A program made the translations under genes and the position numbers. Source: the human T2T-CHM13v2.0 reference genome, Homo sapiens. From it: a stretch of DNA of 64,000 nucleotides. The stretch lies in the NCBI RefSeq assembly GCF_009914755.1, contig NC_060926.1; one strand, written 5' to 3'. Positions 44,876 through 61,835 of the stretch are shown in pieces (position 1 is the first letter of the stretch; each line of letters opens with the position of its first letter). The notes beneath the pieces were generated by a model, which was not told the DNA's origin, did no database searches, and was given only the letters and a program-made list of their open reading frames with translations.

Positions 44876-45486
44876 CTGCAGGCACAGCGCGGGGGGGTGG
44901 GGGTGGGGAGGAAGGCGGGTGGCGGAGAGGGAGGGGGCCCGCGGGCCGAAGCGAAATTACTCCCAAAGCCCGGACCCAGGCCCCTTCCCCTCCCCCACCC
45001 GCCCCCCGGCGGCGGCGGCGGCGGCGGCTCCCTCCTCCCCTCCTGCTGCTGCCCCCGCCCGCCGCTGCCTGTAACCCTCCTCCTCCTCCTCTTTCCCTCC
45101 TCCTCCTCCTCCCCGCGCTGCCCCTGCCCCCTCTCCTCTCCTCCCCTTTCCCTTCGCGCCGCTCGCTCTCACTCGCGCTCGCTCCTCTCGCACCGTCAGT
45201 CACTCACACACGCCCGCCCGCGCCCGCACACAGGGGGATGCGCTCCCGGCGGACCGGGCCGCCCGCCCCGGGGCCTGGCGGGGAGACGGCGTTGCTGGGG
45301 CTTCGGGGGTGGACGGTGGCTGGCGGGGAGGGGAGGGAGGCGCAGGGGAGTGCAGCTTTCTGCCTCTCACAGACACTCGGTCGCACACACGGGGCCGAGA
45401 CCGGCGGCAGCGGCCCCGGGCTGGCTGTGGTCGGCGGCAGCGGCGGCGGCGGCAGCAGCAAGGGTTGCTCTCTCGGCTTTACGTAC

Positions 45487-45493
45487 CGGTCAT
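45487..45493 (-). CDS. SP3: SP3 coding exon 1 (ATG ACC G; 7 coding nt)
   Basis: Minus strand CACACT-ATG-ACC-G|GTACGT: start codon then GT donor; joins exon 2 in frame to give MTAPEKPVKQ, the Sp3 N-terminus. Confidence 0.93.
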
Positions 45494-45510
45494 AGTGTGT
45501 TTAGGGCACC

Positions 45511-45540
45511 TCAGGCGGGGCTCCCCGCCGCCTTACACAT
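45511..45540 (-). promoter_or_regulatory. Upstream ORF in SP3 5' UTR (MCKAAGSPA*)
   Basis: CTCACC-ATG-TGT-AAG-GCG-GCG-GGG-AGC-CCC-GCC-TGA; AUG at -47 relative to M1, stop 17 nt before M1. Confidence 0.85.
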
Positions 45541-45694
45541 GGTGAGGAGCGAAGGCGGCGGCGGCGGGAGAGGATGCGGGAAGCGGCGGCGGACACGGCC
45601 GGAGCGGTCCGGGGATTTTTTTTTCCTATTTTGATTGACTGTGCGGGAAACACAAAAGGTGGAGCCTCCAGCCCAAAAGGGGGGAAGAGGGTGA

Positions 45695-45850
45695 CAGCCC
45701 GCCCGGAACTCCCGCCCCTCTTCTTGGCTCTCATTCGCCGCCGTGCTCTTTGTCGGCTGTGCTCATTGGTCCAGGCGCCTGTCCGTCGGTCTGCCAGGCG
45801 GCGCGCTTCCTGTTTGCCCCCGGGTGGAAGGGGAGAGACAATGAGCGGCC
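45695..45850 (-). promoter_or_regulatory. TATA-less SP3 proximal promoter: GC boxes, ETS sites, NF-Y CCAAT box
   Basis: GAGGGGCGGGAG (45709-45720, minus), CCGGAACT (45703-45710), GGACCAATGAGC (CCAAT 45765-45769, minus), ACAGGAAG near 45810 (minus). Confidence 0.7.
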
Positions 45851-47796
45851 GTGGCAGCGTAGGTTTTCGAGAGCGGCTACGGCTCGCCGGTTACCCCGCT
45901 GTGCCCGCCTCCCTCGCCGGCTGCCGCTGCCAGGCCCGAGGCGCAGGCCTCCTCCACCTTGCAGGCGCTCGGAGCAGGCCTAGCCAAGCTGTAGGGGAGC
46001 TGAGCTGGGGAGGAAATTCGTCCCCGGTGACTCCTGCTCCACTGGACGCTTCCTCCATCCCGGCAGCAGTCTTGGCCGGATCTCCCCAGGGCCTCGCGCT
46101 CTTGGAGCCGCCGCTTCCCTGCGCTGCCAGGAGGCCACCGCTGCTCAGCCCCGGGGCTGCTGCTGCGGCCGCTGCCGCTACTGAGCAAACCAGACCCGCC
46201 CCACGAGCCCGGGGGGAGGGAGCTGGTATTAGGGGAGACACCCCCTCCGAGGCTGGAGGAGGATTTTTCTCTCTCACATCCAGCTTCCTGATTCAGTCAC
46301 AGCCATCTCGCTCCCAGCCCCCTTAGCCCCAGTTTTCCAACCGGTCTCCCACTTTCACGTACCCTGAAGGCAGGCATTTAAAGCAAAAAAGAAATCTCAA
46401 GTCACCTCACATACGGAAGGAGAGTTTTAATTTTGGCCAGTGGCACCAAAACGGGCACTTAAAAGTATATTTCATTTTACTTGTGGTATGTGTATGTATT
46501 CAGTGGGGCAGAATTCTGTGTTTTAAAAAATCGGTCACATAACCATTTTGCTGCACAAACGTATTATTCCCGGCCTCTTTATCCTCTTGGTACCAAGTCA
46601 GATATCTCCTGAAATAAGCCCATCAACCACTGCCAACGTTTTTTAAAGTCGTGAACCGGTGAACTACCTTTTTTCCCCCATTGGAACATTTTTGTTGTAT
46701 TTTAAAATCTTGTTTCTCTTACTGGATTAGGTTAACACTCCTTCCTTCTTTGGCATCCTTGGTATCTTGCTGTCATCCTGGGGGAAAATGCTCAGGTTTT
46801 AAGTGTGTGTTTTGCCAACTAAGAGACATCTCTCCCTGTTACCTTCAAGTATAGTTGCCAAGAAAGAAGTTAAATTCAAGAGGTGGAAACACTGTCCACA
46901 ATACCTGTTTTTTAGAAATCTGGCTCAAGATTCAGTTTTCCCATTACTGTGATTATTATATTTTGTGTGATATGTGATGTGCTGGTGGATGAGGTTGTGA
47001 AGTCCAAGCACTTTAACCAGATTTTGTGTGTCCTAACTTAATAGGTAATCCATTTGTGAGATACTGAGTTTACATCCCAGTTCCAAAGCACTTAACCGCC
47101 TATGCTGACAGGATCAGAAACATTGTATGGTTACTTTGCTCTTAATTGTACAAAGATCAAATTTCCAGGGAATTAACCTAAAAACCACAAACATGCGGAA
47201 ACGAGACTCAAAATTCTGAGTCCAAGAATAGGGTTCATCTCTTCTAATAGTCCTTGTAGTCTCATATTTAAGTGGAAAAGTCACTTTCAAAGTTGAGTCG
47301 TATAACCTATGTACTATTTTACAACAAAAACTTTTAAGGAAATAAAAGTCACAAAATAACCTGATTTGGGGTGGGGAAAATGGAAAAAGAGATGGGTGCC
47401 TTGAAGAGCGGGACAGGTGAAAATAAGTGGACTGGGAGGGAGGAAGGGAAGTCACTATTATCACTCTGTTCCTACCCGGATCTCTTGGGTGGAAGGTAGC
47501 TCTTTCCCTAGAAAGGATATTTCAGGCATTTTCAGTTTTGTTTTGTTTTTTTTTTCAGGAGTGGGGATATGTTCTACGCTATCGCCATACCCTTTTTGCA
47601 AAGTGTTAGTCCAGCCACCTTGAGAGCAAAGTACTTGGCCACAGGAGTTAAATTCGTTTCTTCATTGATACCAATTGGCAAATGATATGAGACATGAATT
47701 GTCTTTTTTCTTTCTTTTTTGGGGGGTGGGGACGGCACGTCCGCAGACCATTTTGACAAGCAAAAAAAACACTTCTGAAAAAGAAAAAAATAGCCT

Positions 47797-48080
<284 letters not shown>

Positions 48081-48139
48081 CTACCTGAACTAACTATACT
48101 GCTTTTGATGCGATGCTTTTAAGAGATACATATGGAGGT

Positions 48140-48450
48140 AGGGTGACAGAGGTTGGTTAATTGGTACAAACATACAGTTAGATAGAAGGAATAAGTTCTA
48201 GTGTTCAATAGCACAGTAGGGTGACTATAGTAAATAGCAATATATTTTATATTCCAAAATAACTGGAAGGGAAGATTTGAAATGTTCCCAACACAAGAAA
48301 TGACAAATGTTCAAGGTGACAGGGGAGAGGGGGCGGAAAAAAAATGTCCAAAGTGATAGATACCCTAAACACTCTGATTTGATCATTACAACACTGTATG
48401 CATGTATCAAAATACCACATGTACCCCATAAATATGTACAAATATGTATC
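48140..48450 (+). mobile_element. L1MA 3' end
   Basis: gttagatagaaggaataagttctagtgttc...tgttcccaacacaa...cacatgtaccccataaatatgtac. Confidence 0.85.
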
Positions 48451-48652
48451 CGTTTTTTAAATTTTTTAACAAAAGATGCATATACCAAAAGCATCACTCA
48501 CTACTTTAGTCAGATTCAGAGAACCCTCTTAGACCACACTTGAGTTATTGTCATGGAATAGCTTTTTAAAATGGCTGGAAATGAAGATAGTCTCTTGAAA
48601 GAACACCTTTTCCTACCTATTTCAGTATTGTAGTCAAATCTTGAAATACAAA

Positions 48653-48899
48653 TTTTTTTTTTCAATGGCATGGTCTCGGCTCACTGCAACCTCCGCCTCC
48701 CGGCTTCAAGTGATTCTCCTGCCTCAGCCTCCCCAGTAGCTGGGATCACGTAGCGCCCGCCAGCATGCCTGGCTAAGTTTTGTATTTTTAGTAAAGACAG
48801 GGTTTCACCATGTTGGCCAGGCTGGTCTTGAACTGCCGACCTTGTGATCCGCCCGCCTCTGCCTCCTAAAGTGCTGGGATTACAGGCATGAGCCCGGCC
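48653..48899 (-). mobile_element. AluS with deletion
   Basis: Reverse Alu; aaatacaa flanks. Confidence 0.9.
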
Positions 48900-51165
48900 G
48901 AAATACAATTTAATTAAAATACTTATTTTCTTATTAGAAAGCTGCCTCTCAATGGCACCTACTGCTACATTTACATAGTAACCCAAAATTGCAGTTGCTT
49001 AGCAGGGAGAGAATCACAGTGCTGGATATTATTTATACTTTTTCTTCCAAAACGATTTGAGGAAGTACTGTGCTGGCCATTGTTTACATCATATTAGGAG
49101 ATCTGGATGTCACTTTCTTTTCCCATATCCTCGATTTCCTCACTTTTTAAAATGTCATGTGTTTTTGTAAGTTTTCTTAAATCCTTTGGAAATGTGATGA
49201 CGGTGAAAAATCCCTGAAGGCTTCTATACACCTGTTGGCATGGAATATTTTGCAACCCGTTTCTTCCCTACAAACAGAAGAGACAACTAAATACGGTTTG
49301 ATCTACATCTGCAAGAGCCTAGCCATTCAGTATTAAAAAGTGATGGCCCTGGTTGACGGTACCACACCTGAAGACCTATGCCCTTTCCTTCACACTCCCT
49401 ACTTCTGCATTTCTTCCCTCCTGAACGTCTATCAAGTGGACCATATGAAATTGCCAGTATTCAACTGTTTTTTATCTTAAAAGGTGACAATTCTATATCA
49501 TTCAACCTAAATTAATGTCTCAAGAACATAACCTTTGTTTCTATTATTGTGACCTTACTTTTAACCATCCTAGAGCTCTTTAACCTGTTCACACTGGATT
49601 TCAAGGATCTTAAGTTGTTCTACTACATAATCACTATCACACTTCAGAAACATTTTAGTTTACATTAAATACACTTAACCCCCTCATATTTCATCTCTTC
49701 CTTTCTCAAAAATAGTAATAAATAACCTCAAGCCATTAAAGTGTGATGTCCTTAAATGAGGAGCAACAACCTTCAGCATGGAGTGTATTCATACTTTATG
49801 ATTCAATTAGATAATAGAATTTGTTTATTTCCTTTGGTCATATAAACCAGACATAAACAACAACTAATCTCAAAAGAGTCAATGATACCCAAAGCCTAGT
49901 TAGAGAAGGTAAGAGAAAGGGGAAAAAAAAAATGATGTGGTTAGGAGAAGGTTGGATAGAACTGTAGAAAATATTGAAGGCAGCTTTTACCTGCTTTAAG
50001 GAACAGAATTTTTCGAGTTCCCCCTAAAATGGCTGAGTGCTGCACCATGTCATCACTCCATTCCAACCAAACAGCTGGAATAAAAAATGCAATTATACAC
50101 ACACATATATATGTATAATCTATACACACATAAGTATATATGTATAATATATGCATTAATATATAAACAGAACAATCCATAATTAATTAAAAGAGATGAC
50201 CATCATGGATAAATCTCAATACTGTGTGAAAAAAGCCTGGTTATAGAAGAATAAATGTTATGCTACTACTGTATTTATATAAAGTTTTTAAATGTACCAA
50301 ATTATATTCTATACTATATATGGATATATACATATGTAGTAACACTGTAATTGCAAAGGAATGGTGTGCTAAATTTAAAACGGTGATTACCCTTGGTATG
50401 AAGAGGAGAATGGCATTTGAATGAGTTTCCCATGGGCTTTGTTTACATTTGCAAATTTAACTTAAGCTAGGCTGAGTGTATTATTATTGTATTCTCTATA
50501 TTGTTCTCCTTGCCTGAAATACTATGAGCATTATTTTAAACTAGAAAAAAAAAAAAGTAACTGATAGGAGAAGTACTGCAGTAAGTATGCCCAGGTAACT
50601 GATCAAAGGGCTGGAGGCAAAAGAGAATGATTCAAATATACTAAGTTTCCCAGCTTTTAGTAACTGGAAAGATGAACTGAAGTAAAGGATCTTAAAAGGG
50701 CATGAGTAAGTGGTGGGCCATTATGAGTTTGTTCTTAGATGTGCTGAGCTGGAGGTGCTAGCAGGACTTCCATGAGATGGATAGCCAACAGACTGTTGTC
50801 AAATTGAGTTTAGAGCCACAGAGAGAAGCAAGGGCAGGCTTGGGTTTGGGGACTCTTACCATCTTCACAGGCCTTTGTCCATTTGTCTTCAAACATAGCT
50901 ATGTTTGAAGATAAACATTCCTTCCTATCTTTAAAAATCCTCCATGTGACTGTGGTTGTCCCTAGCTACTATCTTTTTTCTTTCCTCCCTTTCCTTGTCC
51001 AAAGTCTCAGTAACTTGCTGTCTTCCTACTGCCTTCCTAATATAATTCTACACCCAATTTCAGCATTTGACACTGTAAATATTTCCTTCTTAACACTCTC
51101 CCCTCCCTTGAACATTATCAGCTTTCTGGTTTTCTCTCAAATATATATTTCTCTGTATCTTTACA

Positions 51166-51365
51166 GTGCAGTCCCATAAAAAGCTACCTGTGGTGATGGA
51201 AATATTCTTTGTGTGCACTGCCTATTACCATAGCCACTAACCACATGTGACCATTAGGAACTTGGAAATGTGGCTAGTATGACTGAAGAACTGAAGGTTT
51301 TTTTATTTTAATTAAAGTTAAATGTGAATGGCCACATGTGGCTAGTGGCTATCAGACAGTGCTGC
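51166..51365. mobile_element. MER3 (hAT)
   Basis: tgatggaaatattct...tagccactaaccacatgtg...aaatgtggctagtatgactga...gccacatgtggctagtggcta. Confidence 0.8.
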
Positions 51366-51370
51366 TTTAG

Positions 51371-51804
<434 letters not shown>

Positions 51805-52170
51805 ATGTTCTATATGTTTAAGCACTGTGAATTCCTCTTGAATGTCTCACTTTCACCTCAAACTCAGAATGTTCAAAACTAAACTCATAACTTTCTCTAC
51901 ACAACCAGCTCCTCCTCCCCTCTGATGCTTCTGTCTGTGACAGTGAGGCCATCATTCTCTCAGAAGCCCATACGGGAAATTACCTTTGACACATCTCCTC
52001 CCTTCCCTCTCCCATAGGCAGCCACTTACCAGATGCTGCCTGCCAAGTTTTCCTGCAGACACTCTCAGCTACCTGTTCATTGAAATCACATTTATTGAAC
52101 CCTGCTCTACAAGATGCTGCATGGTCCCTATCCTCAAGGAGTGGATATCCAGTTAAGAAACAAAATATAG

Positions 52171-52765
<595 letters not shown>

Positions 52766-53186
52766 AAATGTAAACATACACAAATTCAAATAATAGAGAA
52801 GAGAAATAACAAAGCCTACAATACATCAGATGCTTTGCCAAAGGACTGCCTTCCGAATTCAGAAATCACTGGGGGGTCAGTCAGCTCCTTCTGGAAGGGA
52901 TCAAAGCATGCTTTGCCCTGGCCCACTTCTGCTGCCCTAGACAGGCCTCCAGACTTTCCTGCTCCTTTCTGTTCTATATCTACCATCAAATTAATCTTCC
53001 TTAACCTGGCTCAAAAAACCTGAGTGATTCAAATGATCTAATGCATATCAGGTCATCTCTCCCAACTCCTCACTGTCCTGTAGTCACTCTAACCACAAAG
53101 TTTACTGGCCCTCTGCCACCAGGATTTTCCTTCTCCCCTCCCCATGCTTCAGTTCAAGTCTTAACCTCTTTCCATAAAGCCACTGC

Positions 53187-53445
53187 TGGCCAGGCGTGGT
53201 GGCTCACACCTATAATCTCAACACTTTGGAATTCAAGACCGGCCTTAGCATCGTGGCAAAACCCCATCTCTACAAAAAAATGCAAAAATTAGCTGGGCAT
53301 AGTGGTGTGCACCTGTAGTCCCAGCTACTCTGGAGGTTAAGGCAGGAGGATCAACTGAGCCCAGGGAGGTCAAGGCTGCAGTGAGCTTTGATTGTGCCAC
53401 TGCACCCCAGCCTTGGTGACAGAGACCGTGTCTCAAAAATAAAAA
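53187..53445 (+). mobile_element. AluJ with left-arm deletion
   Basis: TSD aaagccactgct. Confidence 0.88.
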
Positions 53446-54140
53446 TTTAAAAAGCCACTGCTTCCAGCTATTGGTCATTCCCTCATCTCTAACTTTCCAT
53501 TAACCTTAGAGTATACCCCTTAATATTACTCTTAATTCATGATTTAGTATTGTCACCATGATTTAAATGATAAGCACTTTGTGCACAAGCATTATCTTAC
53601 TCTTTCTATGGTTCTTAAGCAGTGATTTCCAAGGAAGGAGAGGTATCATTTGAAAACAAAACAGCTCTTTGTCCCATAGGGATGTTTTTAAAAGCTATAA
53701 CACTTAACTTACTGGAATTTCAAATATTAAAGGAAAATGTGAGACTTTTATGTTTTATCAAAAGAGGCATGTTGTATAATGAAAGAGTTAGGAGACAATT
53801 TTTCAGTGTTGAGCAAATAGAAGATAATTAATAGATATCTGTTGAACAATACATTGATTTCAACAAGCCATGAATTTGGATTCTTTTAGGATTAAACATT
53901 CAGACTTCTTATTTTAATGGAGAAACTGTTAGTAATATGACCTGCTGATTATAAAGGGGCCAAAAAACTGGTACTCACCAGCTGAACCAACTATTAAAAA
54001 CGTAAGGATATGTTTGAATGTTTTTGTTATGAACCATTTGATATATAAAATGTGCGCAATGTATACATAAATTATAAAACAATAATAGATGGTGAAGTCA
54101 CCTAATTTAAGAGATTTCTGGAACTGATTAACACCTATAA

Positions 54141-55314
<1,174 letters not shown>

Positions 55315-56024
55315 TAATCTTTCTACTTCATATTTCCTCCATACTGAATTGAATAAGCCACTTATCTGCTTATGTCCCTAGTCTACTCAAGTCATTTCAT
55401 TCCTTCTTTGTATTGACTGACCCTCCCTCTAGTTTTGTATAACAAGCTTACTGCATGTTACTTCTTCCAAATCACTGACATATAAAAATGAACAAAGTTG
55501 GTCCTAATATTGATCCCTGGAGCGTTGTAACCCATCCATTCCAAACTATTCCACACTTTGATATCAAAGTCATTGTTTACTTAAGTAGTTCATCCCTATA
55601 CTACTTATCTAACTTCTAGATTAGTTGTTTGTCTGGTATTCTTTTCATGGTATTTTATCCTAAAATACAAGTAATTGGTTCATGGCTTCCCTCAGCTGAT
55701 ACTTGTTATTAGACCCAGAAGTTATTTCATATCACTGAGGCAGATAAGATGTGAATCCATGCTGACTCTTTTTAAATTAAATCATAACTTTCTGATATTT
55801 CCATTTGCTGATTTCCTACAAAATTTACCAATGTCATCTTCTCTACAGAATTTAATACTTCTGAATCTCATGCTCAAGAGAAAAAGGGATATTTAGGGAA
55901 TGAACAATAATTTAATGAGGGTTTTACTTATTAAAACTGACATAGACCTAGTCAAAGATAAAGTATTTCAAGTCACTTTTCTCCTTATTGATGAATTTAA
56001 ACATCTATTAAGAATCAAGAAGCA

Positions 56025-57429
<1,405 letters not shown>

Positions 57430-58126
57430 TCACAAACACATATATTTCTGCAAATATAACAGCAAGATTATAGAAAGAAAAATGGTATATATAAACACAC
57501 ACACACACATATATATATCTGTTTTGCACACTTGAAAGCAGGAACCATCAAAAAACTTTGCACCTAGTAGGACTTTAATAAATTATTTGACTAAAGTGAT
57601 ATTTAACTTCTTTAGGCCTATTATCTCATTATTAGTCAGCTATTCCTAACTTGTTTTTAATTTGTCTTATTATTTTTAATAAACTTTTTATTTTGGAATG
57701 CTTTTAGATTTACAAAAACAGTTACAAAGATAATATAGAATTCCCATATACCTCTAATCCAATTGTTAGATTAGAGCCAATCATTCCAGTTTGCACAGAC
57801 TGTCCTGGTTTTAGCACTGAGAGTCCCACATCCCAAGAAACCCCTCTTCCACACAAACTGGAATGGTTAGTCACCCTACAATGTTAGTATCTTACCTTAC
57901 CATGGTATATTTGTCAAAACTAAGAAACCAACAGAGTGCATTATTACTAAACTCCAGACTTCATTTGGATTTCATTAGTTTTTCCAGTAACATCCTTTTT
58001 CTATTATAGGATCTAATTCAGGATACCACATTCATGTGTTTAGTCGGCATGTCTTAGTGTTCTCTAGCCTGTGACTCTTTCTCAGTCTTTCCTTGTTTCT
58101 TATGACTTTAACTCTTTTAAGGAGTA

Positions 58127-59171
58127 CAGTAGCCACCCTTATCTGTGAGGGCCATTCCAAGACCCCCAGTAGGTGCCTGAAACCTCAGCTAGTACTGAAC
58201 CCAATTGCCATCAATCGGAACACGTTTTTGTTCATGTCTTCCACCCACAAACTTAATGCCTTTTGCATCTTAACTAGCATGTATCACGCACAGTGTCCAT
58301 AAATTTTGCAATCTGAGGTGTGATGGCAAAACTAGCAGGAATTTCTTTTTCCTTCATCATAAGTTCACAGATAGAAGGTTTGTTCTTGTCTTAGATCTCA
58401 GCAACCCCAGCATATGATTTTTTTTCTTTTTCTGTTGAGTTGAGAAGGTTCACCTTTTCATTTAAAGAAGGCACTTTATGGCTTCTCCTTGGCATATCTG
58501 AATTGCCAGCATCACTACTCTTGGTGCTTTGGGACCATTATGAGGTCAATAAGAGTGACTTGAAGGCCAGGCGCAGTGGCTCACGCCTGTAATCCCAGCA
58601 CTTTGGGAGGCCAAGGCGGGTGGATCACGAGATCAGGAGATCGAGACCATCCTGGCCAACATGGTGAAACCCCATCTCTACTAAAAATACAAAAAAAAAA
58701 AAAAAAATTAGCTGGGCGTGGTGGCCCGTGCCTGTAATTCCAGCTACTCGGGAAGCTGAGGCAGGAGAATCCCTTGAACCAGGCAATCAGAGGTTGCAGT
58801 GAGCAGAGATCTCGCCACTGTACTCCAGCCTGGCAACAGAGCAAGATTCCATCTAAAAAAAAAAAAAAAAAAAAAAGAGTGACTTGAACACAAGCACTGT
58901 GGTACTGTGACAGAATCCATGAAAGGGCTACTGAGTGACTAACAGGTGGGTAGGATTGACAGTGTGGATCTGCTGAACAAAAGGATGATTCACATCTGGG
59001 TGAGATGGTGTGGGATGGCCTGAGATTTCATCAAGCTACTGAGAACAGCACACAATTTAAAAGTGTAATTTTTTTATTTCTGGAATTTTCCATTCAATAT
59101 TTTTTGCCACAATTTGCTGAAGGTAACTAAAACCACAGAAAGTAGAACTGTTGATAAGGAGGTGCTATTGT
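58127..59171. mobile_element. MER44-family (Tigger7) element interrupted by an Alu (58565-58876, +)
   Basis: TA-flanked cagtagccacccttatc...ttccaagacccccagt / gataaggaggtgctattg; Alu TSD aagagtgacttgaa. Confidence 0.8.
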
Positions 59172-59265
59172 ACTTACTGGTAACGTATTTTGTGGAATGT
59201 CCCTCAATTTGTGTTTGATGTTTTTCTGACATGTAGACTGGTCTTATGGGGCTTGAGGTCCTAAT

Positions 59266-59674
<409 letters not shown>

Positions 59675-60676
59675 TAAATTTACCAGTTTATACACTCGCA
59701 AACAATTTATAAAAGTACTCATTTCTCCACACACTTAGTTTTCATTTTTATTTTTAATCTTTGCCAATTGGATCATCAAAACTATGGTGCTTTTTAACGT
59801 TTCATTTCTTTGATTACTGGTGAGAGTGAGCATTTTTACATGGTTAGTGCCATTCGTATTATTCTATGAGTTTCTTGTTTATACCCTTTATCCAATTTTC
59901 TATTGAGACATTCATCATTTTCTTTTGATTAGAAAGTGCACATTAATGATGTTAAACATTTTCTCTCAATAGATTTCCAATTTTTTTCCAGATTTTCATT
60001 TGTGTTTTAATAATGTCTTGATATTCAGAGGTGTGAACCACTCTCATTTGTTTTCTGCCTTTGGATGTTGTTTTTGTTTTTCGATTTGGTGTTGGTTTGA
60101 TTTTAATATGGAGCTCAGTTCTGAATCCTGCTTGTTCCCAGGCAGCTCACATGAGTCTTCAAAACCTGCAGCACAGCAATCTCATCACATATGGACAGTG
60201 CTCTCCTTCCTAGTGAGGCAATACCCCTGAGTCCTCACAGCCCCAAGCTTTAGGAGATAAAAAAGAAACAAAAACAAATTCAAAAACACACTGCCCTGAA
60301 AGCTGCCAAATTCAGGCTGCCATTGACCTCCAAGGAAATAAATTCCAAAGATAGTAATAACCACAGTAAAAAAAAAAAAAATATTTTAACATAATTCAGC
60401 TCCAAAACCCCAAAACAGACTGTTGTAAAGGCTTTGGTACAGTAGAGAATAGGGGTTCCCAGCATCCTCTGTGAGCATCCCTGCCATCGAGTCTTTCCCT
60501 ACAGCTTCGGCTGTCTCTGAACAGGAAACAGGAGCCTGGACTCTTAAGTCCTGCTCAGGGAGGCCAGGATTTCTCTTTCCTGTTTCCCATTCTCTTTGCC
60601 TCCATTTTAGAACTTTTAAGGTCCTGACAATTTCAGAACAGATGTCAGGACTGAAAGTTATTAGAAAGAACCAGAA

Positions 60677-60841
60677 AGGGGTGGGAGGAGGGAGAGCATC
60701 AGGAACAATAGCTAATGGATGCTGGGCTTAATACCTGGGTGACGGGATGATCTGTGCAGCAAACCACCATGACACACGTTTACCTATGTAACAAACCTGC
60801 ATATAGACCCCTGAACTTAAAAGTTAGAAATAAAAAAAAAA
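60677..60841 (+). mobile_element. L1PB/L1PA 3' terminal fragment
   Basis: gggagagcatcagga...gctgggcttaatacct...tttacctatgtaacaaacctgc, poly-A. Confidence 0.85.
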
Positions 60842-60909
60842 TTACTCCTAAGTATTTTATTATAGTGAGGCTTGATACCTTGTGGAGAAGGTCCTCCCTT
60901 CTTATCTGT

Positions 60910-61071
60910 TTTTTAAATTTATTTTCAGACAGAGTCTTTTTCTGTTGTCCAAGCTGGAGTGCAGTGACATGATCACAGCTCACTGCAGCCTTGACTTCCT
61001 AGGCTCAAGTGATCCTCCCACTTCTGCCTCCCAAAGTGCTAGGATTACAGGCATAAGCCACTGAACCCAGC
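60910..61071 (-). mobile_element. Alu monomer (arm-deleted AluJ-like)
   Basis: gctggagtgcagtg...cccaaagtgctaggattacagg. Confidence 0.82.
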
Positions 61072-61100
61072 TGTTATTCTTTTTATTCAAGAATGTCTTG

Positions 61101-61114
61101 GGTGGTGGTGGTGG

Positions 61115-61146
<32 letters not shown>
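61101..61146. repeat. (GGT)n(TGT)n compound trinucleotide microsatellite
   Basis: ggtggtggtggtggttgttgttgtt... Confidence 0.9.
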
Positions 61147-61147
<1 letters not shown>

Positions 61148-61375
61148 TGAAATTTGCTCTTACATGTACATTTTAGAGCCAGTTGTCAGGCTCCATGAAA
61201 AATGTAGAATTTTCATTAGCATTGTTACTAGATCTATAGATCAATTTTGAAAGAATTCACATCTTTATTATATTGTGTATTTCTAGCCATGAAGATAGGG
61301 TATGTATTATTTAGATTTTCATAATGTCTTGCAATAAAGTTTCATAATTTTCTGCCAAAAAAAAGAGAAAGAACC

Positions 61376-61755
<380 letters not shown>

Positions 61756-61835
61756 TTAAATTTAGGCAAGGAAAAATAAATAAATAAATAAAACTTGAGG
61801 CAAAAAGCAGGCCTAGTTCACAGATGGTATGGTTC

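Larger units (their letters stand above)
43860..46220. promoter_or_regulatory. CpG island covering the SP3 promoter and exons 1-3
   Basis: Abrupt switch to very high GC and dense CpG against AT-rich, CpG-poor flanks. Confidence 0.95.

Noticed and set aside
44190-46326. Long plus-strand ORFs over the CpG island (294, 245 and 250 aa)
   Set aside because: Low-complexity Arg/Gly/Pro/Ala translations expected where high GC depletes stop codons; no recognisable domain, and most are antisense to SP3.
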